This document shows, piece by piece, positions 11,965-23,029 of a DNA stretch of 64,000 nucleotides. The notes beneath the pieces are model-generated. The model had not been told where the DNA came from. It did no database searches and saw only the letters and a list, made by a program, of their open reading frames with translations. This stretch comes from Hemiscyllium ocellatum (Eukaryota): the NCBI RefSeq assembly GCF_020745735.1, contig NC_083430.1, positions 30,928,909-30,992,908 on the forward strand, in the 5' to 3' direction. Position numbers and translations under genes: made by a program. Position 1 is the first letter of the stretch. Each line of letters begins with the position of its first letter.

Positions 11965-12632
11965 GTGAGTCACTCTTTAAATTTGTGCCTTCTGATCTTC
12001 ATCCTATTCACTGACCAGGGAAGAAAAGAAGAATATAAAGGCAAATGTGATATAGAACCACTAACCATAAAGATAAGACTTATCAGTATAACACTTAAAC
12101 AAGACATACCTTATGAATTTGTTGTAACTGGAGTTTAAAAGTGTACTAACTTATTTATAGATAGACAATGATCATGAAAAGCTAATTTTTGTATTTGTGG
12201 AATGTCAAACTTCTCTTGTCCAAGAAGTTATAACATCTAATGGGCAATTACCTGGCATTTGGAACGTACCGACATGGTCCCTCGCTGTGTGACTCCACAT
12301 GATTCTAATTTAATTGCGTTGATAATTTACCAGGATTAAACCCTGCTCTAACTCCTAGTTAATTATAAAATTGATCCCTCATCACTCTGACATCCCCCTC
12401 AACTACCTGCCAGAAAACCAACAAACCCACAGGAAGCTGATGCCGCAGCCCACATATTTCCTCACCAACATCACCCCTGTCCAAATGCTGCCCCCCAACA
12501 ACATCTGATACACTCTGCCCTGTCACCCACCTGGCATATTTTATCATGATCCACGTAGCTACCTGTTACCCTCCCCTTGGCTCAACTCCATTCTATGTCC
12601 TCATTTACATTACAACTTTCAATTTCAAAGTT

Positions 12633-12952
12633 GGCACGGTGGCACAGTGGTTAGCACTGCTGCCTCACAGCGCCTGAGACCCGGGTTCAATTCCCGACTC
12701 AGGCGACTGACTGTGTGGAGTTTGCACATTCTCCCCGTGTCTGCGTGGGTTTCCTCCGGGTGCTCCGGTTTCCTCCCACAGTCCAAAGATGTGCGGGTCA
12801 GGTGAATTGGCCATGCTAAATTGCCCGTAGTGTTAGGTAAGGGGTAAATGTAGGGGTATGGGTGGGTTGCGCTTCGGCGGGTCAGTGTGGACTTGTTGGG
12901 CCGAAGGGCCTGTTTCCACACTGTAAGTAATTTAATCTAATCTAAAAAAAAA
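12633..12952 (+). mobile_element. Full-length, young HE1-type tRNA-derived V-SINE
   Basis: A box TGGCACAGTGG, B box GGTTCAATTCC, V-domain GTGTGGAGTTTGCACATTCTCCCCGTG, LINE-like 3' end with (AATCT)n tail; CpGs intact. Confidence 0.92.
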
Positions 12953-13149
12953 CTTACTAATATTTGTTGTTGCCCAACTGCTGTGTACAAAGTCGATAAA
13001 TCTGCATCTATACTAGACTTTAAAGAACTCTTCCCCAGGTTACATTCAAAAATGTTATTGTTTGCCTGAGACCTTCAGTTCTTCAGTGACTAAAAAAAGC
13101 TATAACTTGCTTCCATTGACACACTGACTTGTATATTCTTAAATTTTAC

Positions 13150-13430
13150 CGATGGGATGTGGGTGTCACTGGCTGACCAACATTTATTGCTTGCCCCTAG
13201 TTGCTCTTGAGAAGGTGGTGGTGAGCTGCCTTCTTGATCAGTTGTAGTCAGTGTGCTGTAAGTACACCCTCAATGCCTTAGGGAGGGAATTCCTCGACCT
13301 TGACCCAGGGACAGAGAAGGAATGGTAACATATTTCTAAGTCACGATAATGAGTGGTTTGGAAGGGAACTTGCAGATGGTGGCATTTCTGTGCATCTGCT
13401 GCCCTACTGGAAAGACGTGGTCATGGGTTT
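13150..13430 (-). mobile_element. LINE (CR1/L2 group) 3' fragment
   Basis: GGTGGTGGTGAGCTGCCTTCTTGA block; its reverse complement recurs at ~62180 and ~63375. Confidence 0.55.
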
Positions 13431-13714
13431 GAATAACCAGAAATACTGAGTTAAGGAAGTAGTGTTGTGCAGTAAAGATACTAATTTGAATGCAATTGTT
13501 TTGTGGGTTTCTGCTAGGCTTGAATTAATGTGATAATTGCAAAACCTTTCTATTTAGGAAGTACTTTTCCTTTCTCATGAACAGTTCACCTTTCACTTGG
13601 TTTTCAAACAGTGGAAGAACTGATATCATTAGTTGCTTTTTTAAAATTATGATTGAAGTTAAATCACATTTCTCATTGTATGAAGGGGATTGCTTTTGTA
13701 TTTCTTTCCAACAG

Positions 13715-13813
13715 TGGGGAGGAGTTCTACGCAACTGCAAACAGTCTAATCCATGGAACTCATGTTCCATCCCAAGCAGGTGTGGACAGGCTGGTGGCAG
13801 ATGTTGAAAAGCA
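13715..13813 (+). CDS. SYF2: SYF2 exon 6
   Basis: caacag| [32 protein letters not shown](Q) |gtgagt; 99 nt. Confidence 0.97.
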
Positions 13814-14922
13814 GTGAGTGTTTTTATAGTTTTAGTGCCTAATCTGTGTTTGTAAAATGTAACTAATACAGAAGGAATTAATTTTGCAGAACTGGAAAGA
13901 CAGAATAGTAGCATATATAACTGATATAAACTAATAGTTATGGTTTAGTTGTAATAATGCTGTGTTAGGAACTGATAGGGTGCTGATGAAAGTATTGAGC
14001 TATCTTGTTTTAACCAACTTGTACCTTACTGTAAATTAGACAATGATTATAGATAATCCAGGTGTGGCCTATATAATAGTTTGCACTGTTCTAAGATGCT
14101 GCCAGGGATTGGTGTCTTTTTTTTTAATTACTTAGCCTACCTGATGTGTCTGTGTTTAGCTGGAAGACTCCCAGTTTCCATGTTGTTCTGATCTGTGGAT
14201 TGGTGAGGAATGTGCATCAAATTACTGGACAGACCCTATGGGGATGTTGGCTGGTTCTGAATATTAAAGTTGTTTCCCGGTGCCAAGGCTGGCATCCAGT
14301 GCTCTAGAAGGAGCTAATTCCTCCTCTCGTCTCAATGACAGCTGTCGGGAAACAAATCCCTTGAATACATTATTCAAGCATGTCTTTTCCGGCCAGGAAA
14401 CCCAACACAGTGAGTCTCCATGAGGCTGTTGCTGAACTGGAACAAATAAGCTTGTTCTTTTACAGTCGTGATAGGAGTACTTTTCTGAAAGTACTCCCCA
14501 CCCCCATTCCAATGAAATTTCCCTGTAAAATTCTAATTACAGCCATTGAATGAAAACGCTTCAGGAGCTAACCAGACTGTCAGAATACAAGGCAGTCAGA
14601 CAGGTTGCACAAAGTATTTCCGAGTGTCAGTACCTCACTTACAATGTCTCCTTTGGGAGCCATTGGAGAAACTGCATTCCATTGAGATACTAAGAGCCGC
14701 AGTTCCTATGTATGTCGAATGTGTTGAGTGTAATTCATGAAATAGTATTGTCTGTAAATACACATCTTTCTACCAAGAATACTGTCAGTATTATTGGCAT
14801 CAATGAGACCTTTCAAATCAGCACAGATGACAGAAGTTTCTCCTGGACAGTTTTTTGGTATATCATTCTGCTTTGTGTTGTTATTTGCAGTCATATAAAA
14901 TGTACCTCATTTTTCTTCCCAG

Positions 14923-15088
14923 AATTGAGAAGCGTGCCAAATACAGCAGACGTCGTCGTTACAATGATGATGCTGACATTGACTATATTAATGAGAGGAA
15001 TGCCAATTTTAACAAGAAGGCAGAACGATTCTATGGAAAATACACTGCAGAAATCAAGCAGAATTTGGAGAGAGGAACTGCTGTCTGA
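14923..15088 (+). CDS. SYF2: SYF2 exon 7 (last coding exon); spliced CDS 717 nt = 238 aa
   Basis: cccag| [54 protein letters not shown], near-identical to the human SYF2 C-terminus. Confidence 0.98.
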
Positions 15089-15483
15089 CATGTTTTCTGA
15101 AAAGATTCAAATTGCTTACGCTTGTATGCCATGTAGAGATTATGATTTTATCCTGGACTGATGTACAAATTCAACCTTTTACTGGTGTTACAAAATATTT
15201 AATGCAATGAACATCACTCGTGATCTCTAACAGACAATCTGTATGTCATATCATTTACTGGAATATGCTTTTCTAATGACTGCCAATGTTTATAGTGTCA
15301 TCCTAGATTATGTCGCCATGCAGAGTGTTTTTTGTAACTTGTTTTGGACTACCAAGCAATTAAGATTGTTTGATTTTTGTTATCTATTCGTTATTCAAAA
15401 GGAATTTGGTATGATGTCAAAGATGATTTTGTCAAAGTCTTAGTCATTTTTTGCTTCTTATGAAGATTGAGGATACATTGTTG

Positions 15484-15489
15484 AATAAA
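15484..15489 (+). terminator. Probable SYF2 polyadenylation signal AATAAA
   Basis: First canonical hexamer ~400 nt after the stop; another at 15758-15763. Confidence 0.6.
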
Positions 15490-16624
15490 GTTTGCTTTTA
15501 TCAGTCATGAAACTACTTTAATTGCAAACATTGACAAAATATTGGTGAATACAAATGTAAAGCTTCTGTAAATATATTCAACAGAAAACAATTGTCACTG
15601 GACACCACTCTCTGCTGTCGAAAATTTGCTTTTCTGTAAACTTTATTCAATGTAAATATCCTTGTAATAGTGTATGGATAAGTTGTACAGATTAAATAAG
15701 CTTCACATTAACTTAGTACATGTTCCTAAGTTATTTTCAAATTTTGAAAGGGATTCAAATAAACTTTCTATCGAGTTCTTTGGAAGAGACTTATATTTTA
15801 ATCATTTGTGGCGTATGCAACGACTGTCCACCCTAATTACCCTCAAAAAGGTAATGATGAGTTTTCATCGCTGTCTGTGTAGGATAGGTATTCGCAAGTT
15901 TCAAGAAGATTTGTAGCTCAGGTTGAGGTCTGGTTGTAGGTGTGCTCGCTGAGCTGGAAGGTTTGTTTTCAGATGTTTTGTCACCATACCACGTAAAATC
16001 ATGGGTATGGTTATGCCCACTGTTGGGGAAGGTGTTCCAGAGTTTTGATCTGGTGACCATGAATGAGCAGCAACATAATTTCAAGTCAGGGCAATTTGTA
16101 ACTTTCAGGTAATGGTGTTCCTATGTTTCAGCTTCCCTTGTCTCTCTTTTTAGGACTTTGCCTAAAATGCAAACTTTTCAAGACAGCACAGCCACAAAAC
16201 ATCAATTACCTACTTATTTTTTTCAAAATTGACGAAAAATAAATGCTTTTTGTTTTCATGTTTGTAATCAGCAAAATTGTTAAAGTTGTGTTAAGATCCT
16301 AATTAAAGAATGAAGTCATTTTCCAGCCCATAAATTCTAATCATATAAAAATACAAAATAATTGTGTTCAGCTATGAGAAAGCTAACGTGCCAGTTGTGA
16401 AACAACCCTTGAACATATTGTACCTATTGTGTGTAGACGTGACCCAAATCAATTTATTTTAAGCCCGTGGTGCTGTTTTTGTTTAGCCCTAATGGAATTT
16501 ACCAAAATTATTTAATACTATTTCACTGTGGAACTCAAAAATTGTCTCCTATTTTCTCCATGCTGTCGTTTCCTCAGTTTTAGGATTGTTTCATGAAATG
16601 CAAAGAGGCTGATAAAAGTTGGAA

Positions 16625-18320
16625 GAACATAGAACATAGAAAGATACAGCGCAGTACAGGCCCTTCGGCCCTCGATGTTGCGCCGACCGAATCCTACCTA
16701 ACCTACACTAGCCCAATAACTTCCAAATGCCTATCCAATGCCCGCTTAAATGACCATAAAGAAGGAGAGTTCACCACTGCTACTGGCACGGCATTCCATG
16801 AACTCACAACCCGCTGTGTAAAGAATCTACCCCTAACATCTGTCCTATACCTACCACCCCTTAATTTAAAGCTGTGTCCCCTAGTAACACCTGACTCCAT
16901 TAGCGGTAAAAGGTTCTCAGTGTCGACCCTATCTTAAACCCCTAATCATCTTATACACCTCTATCAAATCTCCCCTAAACCTTCTCTTCTCCAATGAGAA
17001 CAGCCCCAAGTGCCTCAGCCTTTCCTCATAAGATTTTCCTACCATTCCAGGCAACATCCTGGTAAACCTCCTCTGCACTCGTTCCAATGCCTCCACATCC
17101 TTCCTATAGTATGGCAACCAAAACTGCACACAATACTCCAGATGAGGCCGCACCAGAGTCTTATACAGTTGCAACATGACGTCAGGACTCCGGAACTCAA
17201 TTCCTCTACCAATAAAGCCCAGTACACCATATGCCTTCCTCACAGCACTATTTACCTGGGTGGCAACTTTCAGAGATCTGTGTACATGGACACCAAGATC
17301 CCTCTGCTCATCCACACTACCAAGTAGCCTACCATTAGCCCAGTAATCCATCTTCTTGTTACTCCTACCAAAGTGAATGACTTCACACTTAGCTACATTG
17401 AATTCCATTTGCCACATTTCTGCCCAGCTCTGCAACTTATCTATATCCCGCTGTAACCTACCACTTCCTTCCTCACTATCCACAACGCCACCGACTTTTG
17501 TGTCATCCGCAAACTTGCTTACCCAGCTTTCAAGCCCTTCCTCTAGATCATTTATAAAGATAACAAAAAGCAATGGTCCCAAAACAGATCCTTGTGGTAC
17601 ACCGCTAGTAACTGCACTCCAAGATGAACATAGTCCATCAACTACTACCCTCTGTCTCCTTCCAGCCAGCCAATTCCTAATCCAAACCTCTAATGTATCC
17701 TCAATGCCATACCTCTGTAGTTTTAGCATTAGCCTACCATGGGGAACCTTATCGAACGCCTTACTAAAATCCATATACACAACATCTACTGCTTTACCCT
17801 CGTCCACTTCCTTAGTCACCTTCTCAAAGAACTCAATAAGGTTTGTGAGGCATGATCTGCCCTTCACAAAACCATGCTGGCTATCCTTGATCACGTTATT
17901 CCTATCCAGATGTTCATAAATCTTATACCTTACCATTGTCTCTAAGACTTTGCCCACCACTGAAGTCAGACTCACTGGCCTATAGTTACTAGGGCTATCC
18001 CTACTCCCTTTCTTGAACAAGGGGACCACATTCGTTATCCTCCAGTCCTCTGGTACTATTCCCGTTGACAATGACGACATAAAAATCCAGGCCAATGGCT
18101 CTGCTATCTCCTCCCTAGCTTCCCATTGGATCCTAGGGTAAATGCCATCAGGCCCAGGAGACTTATCTATTTTCATCCTCTCCAATATTCCCAGAACCTC
18201 TTCCCTGCATATTTCCAGGCCATCCATTCTAATCATTTGTGACTCCATATTCACATCAGCAACAGTGTCCTGTTCCTGAGTGAATACTGATGAAAAGTAT
18301 TGATTTAGTGTCTCTCCAAT
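16625..18320 (-). mobile_element. Young 5'-truncated CR1 LINE with uninterrupted reverse-transcriptase frame (ORF 16929..18254, 441 aa)
   Basis: KSPGPDG, NYRPVSLTS, DFSKAFD, GVPQGSVLGP, KFADD motifs; C-terminus continues in ORF 16703..16900 after a frameshift; (CTATGTT)n tail. Confidence 0.95.
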
Positions 18321-19867
18321 TGCAACTGAGATGCAAAAAGAGACGTGTATGAGCGATAGTTGGTTGAGAATTGTTCCAGATGGTAGAGCTCAGTTATTTG
18401 GACGTTACTGACACTGCAATATTCCTGTGGGGGTTAAGTAAAATTTAAACGGGGGTATGAAGTTCAAACCAGTTAACTGCTTGTTGCTTTGCGGAGTTGA
18501 ACTTCTCAAGTGTGGTTGAAGCTCTCTTTATCAACAAAGTGGAAAGCATTCCATTACACTACTGATTTACATTTTGTAGATGCTAGATACGCTTTGGAAT
18601 ATCAGCAGGCAAGTGTCACGATGTAGAATTCTCAATTTCTGCCCTATTTTCTAGGTACTATTTATATGCATAGTCCTGTTAGGTTCTGGTTTATGTCAAC
18701 CTCAGGATGGTGATGGGACATTCTGTAAAAGTAATGTGCATTTAATGTCATCTCGGAGATAGACTCTCTGCTGTTGAAAGTGGTATTACCTATTATTTTG
18801 TGGAATGAATATTAATTGCCACTTAATGGCTCAAGTCTGAATGTTGTCCTGATCTTGCTGCATGCTAATACAGATTGTTTCTAAGGAGTTACAAGCTGTA
18901 TTAAACAAGATGTAACCCTCAACAAACATTCCAGACGTTGTGTTGTCGGCAAGATCGGAAGTGAAGGAGCTCAAGATGATCGTGCCTTGGATATTATTTT
19001 GCAAAACTTGTTCAGCAATTTCCTGAGGTTAAAATGCTTAGCTTCTGAACTACAAATATCTTCACGTGTCCATATTACAAATAAGTCCCATGATCTGAAA
19101 TTCTTAACTTTAATATGATTCCAGATTTTGAAATCAATAGCACTTACCAGTAAAAGCCATTTACAAAAGTTTAATGATTTCTGGTGTGGATTAATAATTC
19201 TTCACTTTTCAAGCCACAACTTGCTCTGGTGCAGCATTGAGGGAGGAAGTAGCAATACAATTAGAAGACATAGATACTATAAAGCATAAAAAGTGAACAT
19301 TTACTCCATGTGAATTACGCCAGGTTTCCATGTGAAGCATTCACAGCCATCCCTTCGAAGGAGCAAGGAATCCATTGATAGCAACTTATGAATTTTCCAT
19401 GTTTAACTGCAAATGCTAATGTCAAAGGTTGCTACCAGTTCCATAATTGTAATGATGGCAAACACTAATAGTTTTACTATTAATACAGCTGCAAACTCTA
19501 GGTCATTTTCTGTTAATGTCAGTTAAATTCCAATGTCAAAGTCCTGCTCTATGATAGCTGAATAGAATTGGCATATCCCTAGCAATCTTGAAGAAGCTTA
19601 TTGCAATTTCAGGGAGGGCCAAATGTGATGATTCAATGCCACTTTGGAGCTCAAGTGCTAAAACCATTTCTGAAAAGCATATGACTGAAAATGTGTTCAT
19701 CAGCAAATAGGACATCTCTCCTATGTGTATGGCTATGCCATCGCACCATGCTATAGGAGTTGCAGCTCATGACAAAGTTTACTGCCACCGTCATCTTTAA
19801 ATGTAGGAATCTACATGGCTTGTTTGGTTTCACATTGTAGAGGAAAACTACATCTTAATATAAATTT

Positions 19868-19975
19868 ATAGAGTCATAGAGACGTACAGCACAGAACAGA
19901 CCCTTCAATCCAACTCGTCCATGCCGCCCAGATATCCCAGCCTAATCTAGTACCATTTGCCAGCGCTTGGCCCAG
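19868..19975 (-). mobile_element. CR1/HER1 3' UTR fragment
   Basis: ATAGAGTCATAGAG tail plus 3' UTR matching the other copies. Confidence 0.8.
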
Positions 19976-20235
19976 TTAATAAGATATATTTTATTACAGG
20001 TTAGCAACCAGTTAAAACAGAGTTTCCCAAAGTTGGGGTCAGAACTCCAAGTGGGATCTTAAGGTAAACAAACTCACCCTGGGTCACTAATGGCTACTGT
20101 AGACCTTTAGCCAAGTTAAAACAGTTGTGACCAAGCTTCAACAGTTCACATTAAGGAATTGCAACAATTTTCAAGTCTTGAAATGAGGTCACAGAGTGAA
20201 GAGGTTTAGAAAGCACCAATCTGTTCTGCTAACAA

Positions 20236-21568
20236 TTTACCTGGACCATCTCTGACACCTCCCTCCCCTTCCTGGACCTCTCCATCTTCATTAATGATGA
20301 CCGACTTGACACTGACATTTTTTACAAACACACCGACTCCCACAGCTACCTGGATAACACCTCTTCCCACCCTATCTCTTGCAAAAATGCCATCCCGTAT
20401 TCCCAATTCCTCCACCTCCGCCGTATCTGCTCCCAGGAGGGCCAGCTCCACTATAGAACACACCAAATGGCCTCCTTCTTTAGAGACCGCAATTTCCCTT
20501 CCCACGTGGTTAAAGATGCCCTCCAATGCATCTCGTCCACATTCCGCACCTCTGCCCTCAGACCCACCCCTCCAACCGTAACAAGGACAGAACGCCCCTG
20601 GTGCTCACCTTCCACCCTACAAACCTTCGCATAAACCAAATCATCCGCCGACATTTCTGCCACCTCCAAAAAGACCACCACCAGGAATATATTTCCCTCT
20701 CCACCCCTTTCCGCCTTCCACAAAGACAGTTCCCTCCGTGACTACCTGGTCAGGTCCATGCCCCCCTACGACCCACCCTCCCATTCTGGCACTTTCCCCT
20801 GCCACCGCAGGAACTGTAAAACCTGTGCCCACACCTCCTCCCTCACCTCTATCCAAGGTCCTAAAGGAGCCTTCCACATCCATCAAAGTTTTACCTACAC
20901 ATCCACTAACATCATTTATTGTATCTGTTGCTCCTGATGTGGTCTCCTCTACATTGGGGAGGCTGGGCGCCTCCTAGCAGAGCGCTTTAAGGAACATCTC
21001 CAAGACACCCAACACCAATCAACCACATCGTCCCATGGCCCAACATTTCAACTCCCCCTCACACTCTGCCGAGGACATGGAGGTCCTGGGCCTCCTTCAC
21101 CGCCGCTCCCTCACCACCAGACACCTGGAGGAAGAACGCCTCATCTTCCGCCTCGGAACACTTCAACCCCTGGGCATCAACGTGGACTTCAACAGCTTCC
21201 TCATTTCCCCTTCCACCACCTCACCCTAGTTTCAAACTTCCAGCTCAGCACTGTCCCCATGACTTGTCCGGATTGTCCGACCTGCCTATCTCCTTTTCCA
21301 CCTATCCACTCCACCCTCTCCTCCCTGACCTATCACCTTTCATCTCCTCCCCCATTCACCCATTGTACTCTATGCTACTCTCTCCCCACCCCCACCCTCC
21401 CCAAGCTTATCTCTCCACACTTCAAGCTCACTGCCTTTATTCCTGATGAAGGGCTTTTGCCCGAAACATCGATTTCGCTGCTCGTTGGATGCTGCCTGAC
21501 CTGCTGTGCTCTTCCAGCACCACTGATCCAGAATCTGGTTTCCAGCATCTGCAGTCATTGTTTTTACC
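20236..21568 (+). mobile_element. 5'-truncated Penelope-like retroelement (RT C-terminus, GIY-YIG endonuclease, hammerhead-bearing tail)
   Basis: LPFLDL, FYK.TDSHSYL, IPYSQF..LRRICS; NIIYCI...YIGE; 16-bp TSD TCTGTTCTGCTAACAA (20220-20235, 21569-21584); CTGATGA...GAAAC at 21443-21470. Confidence 0.92.
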
Positions 21569-22327
21569 TCTGTTCTGCTAACAAGTCCATATGGTTGATG
21601 CTTATAGCACTCATTACTGAATCTTTCAGACTCACAGGCAACATTCCCTCCCAGCTTCTACTTCAAGGGTTTGGAGTAATACAGCATTTCTCAGGTTGGT
21701 TGTTGGGCAACTTCTACTGGTTATTGCTGCAGTTGAATAAAAGCTTGATGGTTTCTTGAATTCTGAAACTGCAAGGATTGTGTGCCGAAGTATGTTTTCT
21801 TGACCTCAAGGATTTAGCATGTACAGACATGGTTGCAAATGGACTACAATGCGGCAAGGAAAATAGGCAAAGGTTCAGGGCAGGACAAGCAAGAAAATGG
21901 AATGAAAGTGACAATCAGATCAATCATGATGTTATTGTATAGGGGAGCAGGTACTGCTGCTCCTACTTCTTCTGTGCTCTTTGAGGAATGCTATATTTCA
22001 CCTGATTGGCAGCTGTGTTACTTGGGAGTCTGAATACATAGAGTGAAAATTAACAGAATAATTGTAATTGTTTACAAAATTTATTTGGATGCAAATCTTT
22101 TGTAAATCATTGAAAAGTGGCAGCAAAATAGGGGAAAACGAATACAAATATCTGCTTTATACTGATACAATACCTTTCATAGAACCAAATCACACTTTTG
22201 AATTGAAACTCTTAAAACTCACGTCAAATAAAAGTGTTCAACAAATGACCATAAAAAAATTCAAATACATATAAAATATACTGCCCACATACTAAACAAC
22301 CACATTGTCAGGTTTTGTACAATAGCT

Positions 22328-22521
22328 GTGGTGCTGGAAAAGCACAGCAGGTCAGGCAGTATCTGAGGAGCAGGAGAATTGACATTTCAGGCATAATCAC
22401 TTCATCAGGAATCCTGAAACATTGACCATCCTACTCCACGGATGCTGCCTGATCTGCTGTGCTTTTCCAGTGCCACACTTTTCGACTCTGATCTCCAGCA
22501 ACTGCAGTCCTCACTTATTCC
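22328..22521. mobile_element. PLE-tail fold-back element
   Basis: Imperfect inverted arms; 14-bp TSD TTTGTACA(A/G)TAGCT (22314-22327, 22522-22535); decayed hammerhead on - strand ~22378-22413. Confidence 0.75.
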
Positions 22522-22784
22522 TTTGTACAGTAGCTCTAGTGATTCCTCATTTGGCAGTTCAATCGTATGACAATTTTACATTGACTACTTTTTAAAATAA
22601 CATAGCACACAATATCTCAATTGATATTATTTATAAACTGTCCTCCTTAACTGACTGGGACACAGAAAACATTGGTTGGTTTTCGTTCTTTTTCTCGCCA
22701 ACACCATCTCCCATTTAAGAAAGCGAGCAGTTGGCATTTCCATCTCAAATCACAATAGATGTCATGTATAATGTAATGTTTTCC

Positions 22785-22953
22785 TTTTTTTTCTGCTTTG
22801 TTACTGTATTTTGTATCTAATATCTGTACCAAGATACTTTGTACCCAAGATGCTGCCATATGGGGCAATATTATACTGTATTCCAATACTTCTGTACTTG
22901 AGTACATGTGACAATAAAGGATAGCCTATCTCTAATTCTAATTCTAATTCTAA
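22785..22953 (+). mobile_element. Rex/Babar-like LINE 3' end
   Basis: ...TACATGTGACAATAAA as at ~1672-1687, followed by (CTAATT)n tail. Confidence 0.5.
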
Positions 22954-23029
22954 TGACGTCATCCCCGGTGCATCACAGCAGTTTCTAAGCAACTGCCCTA
23001 GACACAATCTCATTTTAATTTCTCCAAAT

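Noticed and set aside
12633-12705. tRNA-like sequence with A and B boxes (also at the heads of other SINE copies)
   Set aside because: Head of an HE1-type SINE, continuous with the SINE body and tail; not a tRNA gene
14712-15161. 149-aa ORF overlapping SYF2 exon 7
   Set aside because: Alternative frame spanning intron and exon; the SYF2 frame is the one with homology
16929-18254. 441-aa RT ORF as a domesticated host gene
   Set aside because: 5'-truncated CR1 with its own 3' UTR and tail, no promoter, and a frameshift near the end; youth explains the open frame
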